Source: Callorhinchus milii
Taxonomy: Eukaryota
Direction of reading: 5' to 3'
Length of the DNA stretch: 64,000 bases
Assembly (NCBI RefSeq): GCF_018977255.1
Contig: NW_024704743.1
Coordinates: 101,930,001-101,994,000 of the forward strand
Under the pieces are notes generated by a model, which saw nothing but the letters and a program-made list of their open reading frames with translations, was not told the origin of the DNA and did no database searches. How positions within the stretch are numbered: the stretch's first letter is position 1; each line of letters opens with the position of its first letter. Positions 36,522 to 50,440 of the stretch are shown here, piece by piece. The translations under genes were made by a program, and so were the position numbers.

Positions 36522-37269
36522 TCTTTTTTTTGATGGTAGTGAATTATAATTCTATAATTCTATGATTCTATGATCCTAATTATATATCTTGATTTTCAGA
36601 AACTATATGACGTAGGCATAAGGGTAAAACAATAGTTTTATGAAGGTGAGATCTGAAGGGATCAAGTTTCTCATCAGACTATAATAAAACTTAAGTCAAT
36701 AGAATATATGGGATGGTACTAAATGAGAATATTTTAAATTAGGCAGTATTTTAAATTGACCTCGGTGATCATTCCTTCTTCCTACACTTTTCAAATGTAT
36801 TAATGAAGATGTGGTGAGTATTGTATGCAGAATGTCCAAGATTCTGTGCTAAATTGCATTGGAAAGTGTTTCTTTTTGTAAAGTGAATTCCCTTATATCT
36901 ATCCATGTTAAAATTACAGCTAAATTACATTCACTTTGATTTAATGCCTGGATAGTTATGTGATAAAAGACATTTAAAGGAGTCTAATTCGCAAACCACA
37001 TTCAACATATCAATTGAGACTTGTAGTTGTCTGTATGGCATCAGTGGTGGTGTTTTATTCCACAAAATTCACAAAATGATTCATTGTGATTCTCAAAGAC
37101 ATCAGAGTCTGAGAACAGATCAGCCTTTGGAGTCATTAAAAAAATCCTCAATGATTGAAAGAAAATGTTATAGCGTATCTTTGAATTCATGTTGTTTAAT
37201 CTAAGTCGACGCTGAGAAAATGTTGGAAAGGAGCTTTTCAGAAGCAGGGCCTACAAGTAAATTTCATTA

Positions 37270-37505
37270 TAATGGCAAAGTTTCCCTTGGTACTATCTGA
37301 AGAGAACTGAGTTTTTCTCATTACCTGGCCATCAGTCCCCTAAATAAAATTAGTCATTCACTTCATTCCTATTTTTTGCACATTGCTATGCCCCAAATGG
37401 TTTCCATGTTCACCTACACAATATAACGTCTCTACACTTTAAAATAAATCCTGCGAAGCCCTTTTTGATGTTTCATTGAGGGTTCCTCAAATGGAAAGAT
37501 TATAA
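37270..37505 (+). mobile_element. SacSINE1-like SINE 3' half
   Basis: CCTGGCCATCAGTCCCCTAAATAAAATTAGTCATTCACTTCA and CATGTTCACCTACA. Confidence 0.7.
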
Positions 37506-39234
37506 TCATGAAAGTGGCAAAGTTCAGCTGAGTTCAGATTTGTCCTCAGCACCATACATGTCCATTGCAATGATATATCAGTAAAATCAGTAGTATTTCC
37601 TTTTGTAAAGTGAATTGCCTTATATCTATCCATGTTAAAACCTGTTGGCATTACTTAGCTGCTTCATTTGCATCCCTTTGAATGCTGTACTGGAAGAAAA
37701 GGACACAGCCGACAATCAGATCTCAACACAGGTGGCAAGGAATGGACGTGCTTCAAGGGGAGAGAAATGGTAAAATGAAATTATCTGAACTAAGAACCAA
37801 ACAGCAGCCTTGGAAGTATTTTATAGTATTAATTAACTGACTGTTAGTTTGTCAGTCAGTTTAGAATGAATCTTAAGAATAGAATTTAACAATGGTACAG
37901 ATAATGATCTTCTTTTAATCTCTTTATATTGCTTTTTGAACCAGAGTCAGATTCATTCAATTGATGAATAAAATGTTCCTGAAATGTGGACAAGTCTTGC
38001 AGGAAATGTGCAACTATATGAACACAGATCCCATTATTTAGTGTTTGTCGAATTCCTTTTAACAATTCAGTTCAAGCTCGCAGGTATTACTTCATTGTAA
38101 TTTAAATGTTTAACAAACTATTACTTTTTTGGTATAGATTAGAAGTTGAATTACAAATACAGTATAATTTCATGCGTCACCATTGCTCTAATATAGCGTG
38201 ATTATTCCTGCACTCTTTGCCAGCGAGTTACAAGCAGATCATTATTTCAAAAGGTTGAAAAAATATTACCGAGGTATCTGGAAATAGAATAAAAAACTAA
38301 AGTAATAAAGAGAATTGGGGTTCATTTGCCAGGCACAGGAACAGGTGTTTCATTTTGTACCATTATCGCAAGATAAAAGACAGGCTAATGTTCTTCTCTT
38401 GGAAGAAAAAAACTGATGCTTTTAGCATTTGCAAGTCAGTCAAATCAGCTGATTCAGTTGGCAGCAATCTTATCTCAGGGATAGAGGTGATGAATTTGTA
38501 TCCCACATCAGGACTTTAAGCTCATAATTCAGGCTGACATTCAAATGCTTCGGGAGCACTATATTGTTGGAGGTGCCATACTTTGAATGAGACAGTTGAA
38601 AAACCAATGCCTGCAAATGTCTGCAAATTGGCTGCCACAGTCATCTACAAAAATAGTCACTATATTTTGGAGTAAAATCCTCAGAGATGTTTTAATGATA
38701 CAGTACAATACAAATTTACATTTATATAGCGCCTTTCACGTTGAGAGAACATCTCAAGGCACTTAGCAATAATGGCTTGGCACCCAAACTGGGGATGGTA
38801 ACCTAGGGGTTGGGGAGGGGAAATGTGATTGAATACATGATCAAAGAGGTAGGTCTTGAGACGAACCTTGAATAAGGTGATGGTGAGAGCGAACGAGGTA
38901 AGGGCTGGAGCAATTGTGTGATAAAAAAGACTGTAAGAACGTTGTGATTTCTTGGCCCAAAAGTTGCGGCCACAGTTTATGAAAGTTGTGGTTTTGGTGC
39001 AATCGTTTCAAGTTCAAGTGCTTACAGTTCAAGTACATCCAATAGGATGGTCCAATGAGAGTGCAGAATGGGTTGATGGACGGTGGATGGTAATTGGGAG
39101 TGCCTACTCACTGTAGTTTAAAAGTTGCAGCAACTATAAAAGTTGCATTGTGTGTTAAACATCTGATTTCCGCAATAAAATTGCAACTCGTGATTTTCTT
39201 ATAGCCAGGGTGATAAAGGAGAAATATCCAGCAG

Positions 39235-39690
39235 ATTACTGCTATCAGGATAAACTAAATAGATTAGGCCTTTTTTGTTAGGGAGAATACTTTTAAGGGG
39301 GGAACCTAGTAGAAGTGTTTTAAATTATAAAATAATTTGATAAGGTTAACATAAATAGAATGTTTCCACTGTATGGGGAGTCCGTAACCAGGGGATACAA
39401 ATATAAGATAGCAACTAGGGGATCTAAAAGAGAATTTAGGATGAACTACTTCATGCAAAGGGTAGTGAGATTGTGGGACTTACTGCCTGAAGTGATGATT
39501 CAATCAGTTAATATAGATGCATTCAGGAGGAAGCGACACCTTCATATTTGGGAGAGGGGAATAGAAGGGTAGGGAGTGAATAAAGGAATGGGTTAAGACT
39601 TGTGTGGAGTATAAACACTGACACAGATTGGTTGGGTTGACTGGCCTGTTTCCATGCTGTACATTCTTTGTAAATCTTTGTAACCTTTGT
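39235..39690 (+). mobile_element. CR1 3' fragment
   Basis: MFPLYGESVTRGYKYKI..RVVRLWDLLP; UTR TGGCCTGTTTCCATGCTGTA; related to 63385-64000. Confidence 0.85.
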
Positions 39691-40439
39691 ATCAAAAGCA
39701 AAGAGCACATCTTGTGGGTCAATTCCTACCACCCGAAAAAACAGAATAGATTGCTTGGTCATTCATCTCTGCTGCATCAGCTGATGCATTTGTCTTTGGA
39801 ACAAAAGTCATTACAAGTCAAAATAACTCACTTGTAACGTGTTGTGATAAGACATCATGAGAAAGCCCTGGACAAAATAGAAATATTAATTATTATTAAA
39901 AGGTGTAATGCAGTTGAAAAAGATGAGATGGCAGACAAAAAGGCCACAGCAGCTGAAATGTATACCCTGCAGGAGAAACAATCACAATGAGGCGATAGAA
40001 TGGAGAGGCCGAAAAAAGGGTTGCATAAATATTGCAGGGCAATCGCCAAGAAAGAAATGAGCACGGCAAAGGAAAGTGTTTGACAGCAAATAATGAGGTA
40101 TGGATAGTGTTTAAATGTGTGCTTTATTTGCCCTTTTTGCTACAGCCAAGCACTAGACTGACAGTTTCAATGATTTATCCGCTGTAATACTTTGATTGCT
40201 TTCCTGCTTAGCATACTGCCTGACTATTTCGTTTTGCATTTTCATTCAAATATAAATATAAATATTTAAAAATAAACAGCATTAAGCGAGCTTAAAGTTG
40301 ATAAGTCAGCATTCCAGAATGGTTTACACCCCCAGAATACTGCAAGATGCTTAGTAGCTTAGTAATGAAATAGGAAACATGCTGACGATGGTATTATAAT
40401 CTTCTTTTGGAAAACAGGACTGGAGAGTAGAAAATTTTG

Positions 40440-40692
40440 CTCAATCAATGTTCAAACGTGGGTAAAGACATAGGGGCAAACAGGAGGCCGGAGCCAGGCA
40501 AGCATAGACAACGAGTGGGGTATAAGCAGATCAGATAGGTAGAGAGGTGAAAGGGCATGAAGGGATTTGAAAACGAGTGAGTGGATCTTGAAATCGATCT
40601 GTTTGGTAATTGGGAGCCAGTGGAGCCTGGCAAGGACTGGTGTGATGGGGGTACAGAGTTTTGTGTGGCTGAATATCCAGGCGGCAGAGTTT
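40440..40692 (-). mobile_element. L2 fragment
   Basis: GGATCTTGAAATCGATCTG (QIDFKI), GGGAGCCAGTGGAG (LHWLP); ends at GCGGCAGAGTTT (NSAA). Confidence 0.8.
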
Positions 40693-41489
40693 ACGGCAGT
40701 TCCTCCCTTTATAATGAATGATTATACTGTCTGCATAAAACTTCCCATCTTTTAATGATTCAATAATTAAAATGTGGCACAGGTCCCATTAGGGGCAATT
40801 AAATAGCTTCAGCATATTTTGAACATGTCCTGTACAGCGCACAAGTTCTACCATGAAAAAGAGTGACATTTTGGTAGTTGAAATGTATTCTGCATTGACA
40901 TTTGTCTTTATTGTAACCCTTGAGACTTTTTTTCCTATAACAGTTTACGACTGGTGCACTTTGTCTTTAAACAAAATACCCAACGTCTTGTCAACCGGCT
41001 TTGTTTCTAGGAAAACATTTCTTTTGTTGTCAATATTACCCTTTTTATTATAAGAACTCAGACAACTACATCTAGGCATACAAGAATGTGAAAGATAAGA
41101 CAAAATAAATCAATATACTGTTCACATACCGCATTATGTGACAAGTCACTGACTATTAGGTGCAGTGATCCTGTGTGTGACAAGGGTATCGCGCACAACA
41201 GCAAGATGTGAATAGATGAAGATTAACATTAATTTATCATAGGGCATATATCAGAACTCACACTGTGTTGACAAAAATGTTGGAACAAATTTAGAGTACA
41301 TTAACAACCTTGCCTAAACAAGAGAAAACACAATAGAGGAAGATGGCATTAATAATAATAATAAAAAAGCCATGATGGTGAATGTCCTCCAAAACTATTG
41401 GATCCAGAATGGGAATATTTTCCAGAACCTTTTAAACACTCTTTTGAAGTAATTATTTCATTATTTTTTATTATTATTATTTCTCCATC

Positions 41490-41912
41490 CTATTGTGAAG
41501 CCTTTCTTACATGCTGCCTTTGTCACAACATATTGTTGTAATCATTTTCCCCACTCTACCTCTGTGACCTCCTCAAACCGTACCGATCGGGCTGCTCCTT
41601 TCACTCAGGGGGCACCAGCCTGCTTCATGTCCCCTGCCCTACCCCCCCTACCAACCCCGCCCGCCCACCAACTTTGGTGGTAAGGCCTTCAGTCTACCTA
41701 CCCACACTCTCTGAAACTCCATCCAGAGATCCTTTGAATCACTCCCTCCCTACCTCATCTCTCTTAAAGTCTGTAGCAGGATCTTCCTCTTTGCCTGTAC
41801 CTTCGGACATCTTTCACCTCCCCACCCCCTCGGCTCCCACCTGCAGCCTGGGTGCCAAGCACCTCAGGATGTCCTCCTGACATGGAAAGCGCTATACAAA
41901 TGTAAATTTATA
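41490..41912 (+). mobile_element. Decayed L2 3' end
   Basis: TTGGTGGTAAGGCCTTC, CTCTGAAACTCCATCC, and the AAAGCGCTATACAAATG tail. Confidence 0.7.
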
Positions 41913-42210
41913 TAATAATAATCCTTACAGTTGATATAGCCCCGACCACATCTTTGAGACGTCTCAAAGTGCTTTGCAGAACAGACTGTAAAGTGAATTG
42001 ACTTTATATTTTGTGGGTGAAACGTGGCAATCAATTGCGCACAGCAGTGTCCCACAAACAGTCGTGGAATGAACTGACCAATTTATTATTTTTTGTAAGC
42101 AGAGGTGTGTGGAGTAAGGAAACTTGCCGAACATTTCGCTCTGCTGGGAATCAAACCCAGGTATCTCACTTGCGAGGTGAGTGCTCTAACCACTGAGCTG
42201 CAGGACTCCA
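41913..42210 (-). mobile_element. Full-length family A/B intermediate SINE
   Basis: Tail to GCTGCAGGACTCCA head; retains GTAAGCAGAGG part of the long form. Confidence 0.9.
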
Positions 42211-43484
42211 TAGTATAATATTAGGGACTTTCTCTTCATACCCTGGCAAGCATTTCACAGTTAGAAATTTTCACCTCAAGCTTACGTGGAAAGAGTAAAG
42301 TTCTCTAAAATTTTGCTCTGAAGGAACGAATGGAGGGAAAACTATGTTGTACAACACAATAACTCTTATTCTATGTATTCTGACTAAAGTCAAAGTCTTT
42401 ATTAATATAATATTGTAACTTACATTGTAATTGTAATATTAGTACAGTATACTGAGATTTTATTTGCGGATAATATTTTAAAAGCAGAATCCATTTAATC
42501 AGAATTCGCAAGAGGAATTCCCTTCAAATTGATGGTAAAGACTAAACAATATCAGTCTGGAAATGAGGCTTGAACCCATAAACCTCTGGCTCAGAGACAA
42601 GAGTGATCCCAACTGAGTCAGGCTGACACAGCTTAATGGCCTTAAACCTTAGAATGTGAAGTGTTTCAAGCCCTTAGATCAATGGTTCTGCTTACTTTAT
42701 TTAAAGTTGCAGTATATAATTTAGAAACACAGTTAAACCCATTTAAATGCAATGTTAAATTGTCTTCCCTCTGAACAAACTTTTTTTTTGCATAAAATGC
42801 ATCTGCAACTAAAACATAGACCTGTCTTTTAATGAATATTTCTATCAAATAGATCAATTTTTAAATTGCTAAAAGTTTCACATATAATTGCCAGCTAGCT
42901 ACCATTTGCGAAGGAGAAAATCTCCTGTCAATCAACACTACATTGCCAAAATTAAATTAAGGGTCCTTCGTTCTGTAAAGTAGCTTTGATTGGCAGTAGT
43001 TATCTCTCTTTCCAGGTGGCATACAGTTGAGAGCAATAATTCAGACTTTTTCTGTCACCTATAAAAGTGGCTGAATCTTCTGTGAATGCTATGATCAGAA
43101 ATGGAGCAATAGTCAGACAATTCACAATTACTATAAGAGAGCATTTGTTGCATTCAAATTAGATCTGCAGCTTTGAACTTGCATATATCAATTCAAATGT
43201 GCAGTCAAGCTAGTTTAGGTGAATTTGGTTACTCAATCTGCAACTGTTTGTGGGACACATTGGCTGCTGCATTTCGCTCACAAAATATACAGTCAATTCA
43301 CTTTACAGCATATTCTGTGAAGCGTTTTGAGACGTCTTGAAGATGTGATAGGGTGCTATATTAAATGCAAGGATTAGTATTATTATTTAAGTGAAACAAG
43401 GGAAACATTTTAAATAGATTTCCTGGTAGCCATTTCTATGTATTTTTTCTCTTGGATTTGAAATAAAGATGTTGAAAGGTTCAA

Positions 43485-43836
43485 GTGCTTCACAGGATTT
43501 ACTGTGAAGTGCACTGACTATGTATTGTAGAGAAACGTGCCAGCCCAATTGCACACAACGGTGTCCCACAAACAGTCATGAAACAAATGACCAATTTTAT
43601 TTGGGCAATTGTTCACTGAGAGAAGCTCACTTCTACTTACCAATAGTGCCATTGGATCTTCACCTAAATAGGCACCATAGTTTAATGTCTCAAACAAAAG
43701 GCACCACCTCTTGTAATACAAACAGACCCCAGCATTGCAATCAGTCTAGACTGTGAGTTCAGAGTGCTAACATGGGCTTAAACCAACAATCTTCTGTCTT
43801 ACAGGTGACAATGCTACCAACTGAACCAGATTGACA
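43485..43836 (-). mobile_element. SacSINE1-like SINE, near full length
   Basis: TGTCCCACAAACAGTCATGAA, GGATCTTCACCT, head CTACCAACTGAACCAGATTGAC; a convergent plus-strand SINE tail lies at ~43240-43387. Confidence 0.8.
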
Positions 43837-45754
43837 GTTTACTACCTGAAGGGCTCAATATAGATGCAAGGTTTTATTGTTAATAACTTACACGCTGAGC
43901 TTGTCCTGCGTGGTTCAAACTCATTACACAATTGAATCCCTTTGCAATGTGAGAATTGCCTTATGAGCTGAAGGCAGTTTTGATAGGTTGGTGGGCATAA
44001 ATGTGAAATCCTGTTCTGTGCTAGGTTGGAAGTGTTACCGTTAATCTCAGCACCTGTAAAATACAGGACATAAAATCAGCTAGAGCATCTGCTTTGGTCT
44101 CCATCCAGCAACTGCTATTGACGTGTGTGGGTGGATACGAATGACCAAGTTTAGTCTGCAAGGTTTCTTGAGCTAAGTCATCTACTGACACACATTGTCT
44201 GGGCTAACACACTTTGGAGAGATACCAGAGGATATCTGCTGCCCAAAGAATATAGAACAAGCAAACTCGGAAGAGGAAATGGATACAAAATGATAAGAAA
44301 CAAAATAGATGAATTACTGAACTGAAAAATATACAAGGTTAATAATAATGATAATAATAATAATCCTTATTTTGATACATTGCCTTTCATTTTGGTAGGA
44401 CATCTCAAAATGCTTCACAGAATAAACTGTAAAGTGTAGTGATTGTGCATTTTGTGGAAAAATGCGGCAGCTAATTTGTACATAGCAATGCCCCACAAAC
44501 AGACAAGAAGTGAATGATCAATTTTGTTTGGGGAATCCCTTTCACAGTTGATAATAGTGGTCTCAAAACTCATGGATAATTTTATCAGTAGAGCTATTTT
44601 GCCATGGGTTAGTGCCTTCAATTTAGATTTTAATTAGGAACATTATTATCTTAATGACTCCAAACATTTCATTTTCTCAACTAATTCAAGCACTTTATTT
44701 TACAGAGAGCAGCATTTACCTGGCTGTAATAACATCAGAACACTAGAAACGAGCAGTCACACGAACACTTTTAAACCAGGTGCTGAAAGTACAAGTCATC
44801 AAGGACAATTATTAAAGAATATAGAAGCAGCAAATGGGAGCGTTACACAGAACCACACAGAGTGATACGACACAGAAACAAGCCATTCAGCTGGAAAAAA
44901 TCAGAGAAAGTTCAAAGCAGGATGAGTTTGGATGATTTTAGGAATTTGAGCTCATAGTTGTGACGATTGATGGAGATAAATTTATTTTCATTGAAGTAGA
45001 GAAAGAAAGTTGAGAACAGACATGAATTGTATCTTTAAAATACTGGAAGGTTTGTATAAAGTAGATATAATTGACCCATGAAGAGAATATGTCCTCAAAC
45101 AATGAAGATACCATGCCAAGGAAAGCAACTGGTTAATGATGAATAATATATTTTGCAACAATATTTACATTTCGGTGTAGGTAAAATCTAGCACAACACC
45201 AATACAATATTGCATTTATATAAGCACTGTTCATGTAGGATAATGTCTTGGAGCGCTTTACAAAGCTCTGAGCGAGGGAAAGAGGAAGGGGGTAAAGGTG
45301 ATCATAAAAATGGTTGATGAGGTAAATTTCAAGATGTGACTTAAAGACAGATAGAGAGGGGTTGAGACAGTGGGGCAGAGGAAGGATGTCCCAGAAGTTA
45401 GGGGCATTATATCTGAAGTCTCAGTCACCAGAGGAGGTTGAAGGATACACAAAAGCAAGCCTGCTTTATCTGAGAAGAGGGGCGAGTAGGGGAGGGGACA
45501 AGAACATTACAGAGTTAGGAAGGTTCCAGGGAGTTTAAGGACTTGTAGGTGAGGGTGAGGACCTTGCAACGTTACAAATCTTCAATTGTGCTGTGGAGAT
45601 CACGGATAGCATGCTTCTCCACCACATGGTGGCCTACAAATAATTGCAAAAGTAAAGAGCTGAAGTCAGGAATCAACTGCAGTAAGTATGAATAAAAACA
45701 AAAGAAAATTCCCTCACTGTGTCACCACCAAACACTGTACCAATTCACATCTGA

Positions 45755-46570
45755 AGATGCATTTCAATGTAGAAAAGTGTGTGATGGTACATTATGGTGG
45801 AAGGAATAAGGAAGTCACATACATCCTGGAAAATACAAATCTAAATGGGGTAGAGGACCAAAGGGATCTAGGAGTACACATGCACAATTCATTAAAAGTA
45901 GCAACGCAGGTTCATAAGGCTATAAAAAAGCAAACCAGGCATTGTGGTTCATTTCTAGAGGGATAGAAATGAAAAGCAGGGAAATTATGGTAAACTTCTA
46001 TAGAATCTTGGTTAGACCACACTTAGAATACTGTGTACCGTTCTGGTCATCACATTATAGAAGGGAAATAGAGGCCCTGCAGAGGGCGCAAAGGAGATTC
46101 ACAAGGATGATCCCAGACCTGAGAGTTATACCTATTAGGAAAGGCTGAACATGCTTGGACTCTTTTCTCTTGGAAAGAGGAGGGTAAGGGGTGACCTGAT
46201 AGAGGTCTTTAAAATGATGAAAAATTTTGATAGGGTAGACATAGGGAAGATGTTTCCACTTGTGGGGAAGACCAACACCAGGGGCCATCAATATAAAATA
46301 GTCACAAGTAGATCAAATAGGGAAGATAGAATAAATGTCTTCACACAGAGAGCAGTGGGAATGTGGAACATGCTACCACAAGGAGTTTTTGAGGCAAATA
46401 GCATTAATGTATTTAAAGGAAAGCTAGATAGGTACATGAGAGAGAAAGGAATAGAACGTTGTGCTTGAAGGCTTAGTTGAGGAAGGGCAGGAGGAGGCTC
46501 ATGTGGAGCATAAGCACCGGCATAGACCATTTGGGCCAAATGGCCTGTTTCTGTGCTGTTTATTCTAATA
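45755..46570 (+). mobile_element. CR1 3' fragment
   Basis: FNVEKCVMVHYG..DQRDLGV; LVRPHLEYCVPFWS; RGDLIEVFK..TRGHQYKI; UTR GGGCCAAATGGCCTGTTTCTGTGCTG. Confidence 0.93.
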
Positions 46571-47547
46571 TTTCCTATTGTATTCTAAGAGATTGAGGAA
46601 GAAATTATTTTGCAGAAGTCAGGGTTGGGGAGGGGATGTGGGGGAAATGTTCAGCCTCTAACCTGTCATTAAGGTCAGGACACAAACCAATGGCAAATTC
46701 TTTACTTATGAATCTTATCACTCGTGATAATTGCAATATAATATGACCCTGTTTCCCTTCCGTAATTGATTCCCTTTATGACATTCCTCCCAGCCCTTGT
46801 ACAAAGGGCACAACCATTATGTTATCAGTGACTATTCAAAACATTTTGCTCTCAAAATGAAATGGGGAGTGTGCTTCCAAAACCTCTTTTCTCTTATCTC
46901 AGTAGCTTTTCTCCCACAAAATACAGTCACTACACTTTACAGCATATTCTGTAAAGTGCTTTGAGATGTCTCAAAGATGTGATGAGGCGCTATATCAAAT
47001 GCAAAGATTATTATTATTACCCACAAAAAGGTTCATCTCCAAATTCTAAAGACAAACTATACGTTACATTGCCTGAAAGCGATCTTTTTATTTTAGGCTG
47101 CCATTTCCACCAGTTTTCTCTGCCATGTACTCAAATTGCAGTCTTTGCTTTGAAGGTCAAGTTTTCAGCGAAACATTAAAGTTTAGTTAGTTGGTAGCTT
47201 TATTTAAAAAAGGGTTAAAGTTGATTTTGGCTGATTTTTATTAGATTATTCAAAACCTCTGCTGCTGTTAAATTCTTGCCAGGAAACCAAACGGGGCAAA
47301 TGGAGTTAGTACATTACATTTATCACTTTGATTCATTACGATTTGCTCTGCCATAAAGAAACTGGAAAGAAAAACCCTAAATATGTCACCTTTAATAACA
47401 TATTAATGGATATGCCAGTGAAGTACCAGTAGGTGCCACTGTTGCTCTATAAAAGTATCACCAATGCTCTCAGAATAAAAATAATATATGACACATATGA
47501 CCAAATATTAAAGTTTGTACCAATCTAATTAACACACCATTTATAAT

Positions 47548-48131
47548 AGTAATAATTCTTGCATTTGTTATAGTGCCTCACAACAACAATGTCTCCAAGG
47601 ACTTTATAATAATTACTATAGTATTAAGTTTAATTACTTATTTGTAGGTGAATGTGGCAGCCAATTTGCACACAGCATAGTTCCACAAATAGCCAGGAGG
47701 TGAATGACCAACTTTTCTGGAGGAATATCAGCTAGGACACCAGGAGAAACTCCCTTCTCTTTTCAAATAGTGCCATATGATCTTTAATATCCACCTAAAC
47801 AAGTGGACAGCATCTCAGTTGAAGATCTGAGTAAAATAACATAAAATACAAAGGAGAGGGATGAGGATGCCACCAGTGTTAGAGGAATAAGCTATATGCA
47901 ATGATAAGACAAGCTAGGGTTCTTCGGTCTTGATGCTATGATTGGAGGATGGTAGGGTAGATATTTTGGATGGATGAGATTGGATGGATTGAAGGGCCTT
48001 ATTCATGTCAATCTTATGATCTTGTGGTTTTATAACCTCAGACAATGTCGTGCTCCCCCAGCACTACACTTGAGTGTCAACTTAGATTGTGAGCTCAAAG
48101 TCTCTTAAGTAGGGTTTGAATCCATAACCTT
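47548..48131 (-). mobile_element. SacSINE1-like SINE, with an old CR1 UTR piece inside
   Basis: Tail, GCAGCCAATTTGCACACAGC, GACACCAGGAGAAACTCC, head GGGTTTGAATCCATAACCTT. Confidence 0.8.
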
Positions 48132-48355
48132 AACATAACATAACATAACATGTAGGAGCAGGAGTAGGCCATTCGGCCCTTCGAGCCTGCCCCGCCATTC
48201 AATCAGGGTTGATCTTCTAATCTAACTCCAGCTAATAACCTAACCCGGCCTTATCCCCATATCCCTTAATCCCTTTTGCAATAAGAAATCTATCTATCTC
48301 AGTCTTGAATATGTTCAAGGACTGAGCGTCATTAGCCCTTTGGGGTAGTGAGTTC
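48132..48355 (-). mobile_element. Short CR1 3' end with a 6-bp target duplication
   Basis: GAGCAGGAGTAGGCCATTCGGCCC UTR as at ~35297; AACCTT at 48126-48131 and 48356-48361. Confidence 0.9.
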
Positions 48356-49239
48356 AACCTTCTGGGTTTGATTGTGTATCACTGCAGTTTACAGTAAATC
48401 CTGTGAAGCAGGTTGACACGTAAAGGCATTGTATCAAATGCAAGACTTATATTACTTTTTTTAATATTATTAATTGCATTAAGTTTAGTATTTTTTAATT
48501 TATTGACTACATTGTTTAAAATAATATTTTCACTGTTTTTACACTGTGGTTTACATTATTTAATTTCAAATTGGAGCTTGACATAATTTTAGTGAAGTTT
48601 TAGTATAGTTAGATAAAGCTAGCAATGACCCTATCACATTTTTCAGAAAGAACACAGGAAGAGACATTAATTGTAGTGAAAAAGTATAAACATTGAACAT
48701 TCAAATGGGAGAGAAATTCCACCTGGGACTAGTTTTCTCTATTTATGTAACATTTTTTGAAAGCATCCAGAATTTGGCAAAATGCTGAATTGAGTCTCAA
48801 CTTTAAAGTTCGTTCTTAAAAGAACTTACAAGAAACCAACTTTAAAACAATATTTACATAAATTGAGTAAATCATGACTTGGTTTGAATTTCTCTCCTTT
48901 AATTTTACTGGTGCTTACTTTAACTTGTTTAAACCATATAATTCTTTCCATTTCTCACATTCTGGGGACATAGAAGAATACTGTAGTTTTAAATATTCTC
49001 TTGAAGGGATAAAACCATTAGAATAAACCATCTTTTCTGCTCAACATATCTTCAAATGTCATACTTTTTGTTAGCCATTTGTCTTTGCTTCCACATTGAC
49101 TGATCAGACATGTATCCTAGTGGTCATTGCCATATTCTAGATACTCTTAGGAATATTTCCTGTGTGGTATTTATCAATTCCTGGACCTCTTAAAGTTGTC
49201 AAACAAAGGGGTTATATATTTTTAACATAATAACATAAA

Positions 49240-49660
49240 TAATATAAAATCCTTGCATTTGATGTAGCAGCTTATCACATTTTTGAGATGTTTCAGATTT
49301 TCACAGTATTTACTGTGTATTTTGTAAGGAATTGTGGCAGCGAATTTGTGCACAGCAATGTTCCACAAACAACCACAGAGTGAATGACCAATTATATCTG
49401 GAGGATTTTGGGCCAAGACACTAGGGTTAAACATCTTTCTCTTTTGAATAGTGCCTTGGGATCTTTAACATCCACCTAGACAAGATGACAGGACTTCAGT
49501 TTAACGTCTCATTCAAGGGACAGTATATCCAACAATGCAGCACACCCCCAGCATTGAATTGGAATATCGTGTTATACTGTATGAGTTCAAAGGTCTGATG
49601 TAGCACTTGAATCCACTACCTTATTCTCAGTGATGAGAGTACTACCAGCTGAGCCAGTTG
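49240..49660 (-). mobile_element. Full-length SacSINE1-like SINE
   Basis: Tail ATCCTTGCATTTGATG through head CTACCAGCTGAGCCAG. Confidence 0.85.
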
Positions 49661-50440
49661 GACCGATAAATAGAGAAGGCAAGTTTATATAAAAACTCAC
49701 TTCACCTGTAATTATGAATGTTCAATGTCGCTGAATATTCAATACATGCTTACAAAAGCCACAAATCGACTTTTTTCTCATTGTTTAAGTCAAAGCAATC
49801 ATGAAGTTTCTGGAAAGCCTTCTGGGGATATCAGACTGAAACAAAGCAAATACAGATCTATTTGTGCAGCAGGCTCCCATTAGATGAAACAGTTTAAGCA
49901 GTCCTGCAGACTGTGTGATTACTTCAGTTAAATTAAAGTGGATTTGCTCACTCAATGATATGGGTTTTTAATTTTCAGTTAATTATTGCAATAATTACAC
50001 TGGAAATATCTTTTTGGAACTGCTCTGTTTTTACCTATTATTATTTCACCATCATCACAGTACAAGTTGTTATCTTTGCATTTAATACAAAATGGCTATA
50101 AAATCAGAATGATTCAGAACACTTTGCAGTAATTAATATGAAGTGTGTAGACCGTATTTGTAGGTGAACATAGCAGCCAATTTGCAGCACAAAACAATGC
50201 CTGGTAAGTGTAAGGAGCTGAGGAATTCATTTTCTTAATGAATTGTATCACAGATTCCTTAATGTGTAGACAGATTGGACCACAGTTAAGCATCTCATCT
50301 GAAGGATGGAACCTCCCACAATACAGACCTTCTCTTAACTCTACCCTGAATTGCCAGCCTAGATCATGAACTGTCTATAGATTAGTTGCAATGACTACAT
50401 CAAACATATTAGCTATTCAGTGTGGAGATGAACATATATT

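Noticed and set aside
39880..40100. Charged reading frame resembling a decayed transposon accessory protein
   Set aside because: In-frame stops, no diagnostic motif and no terminal repeats found.
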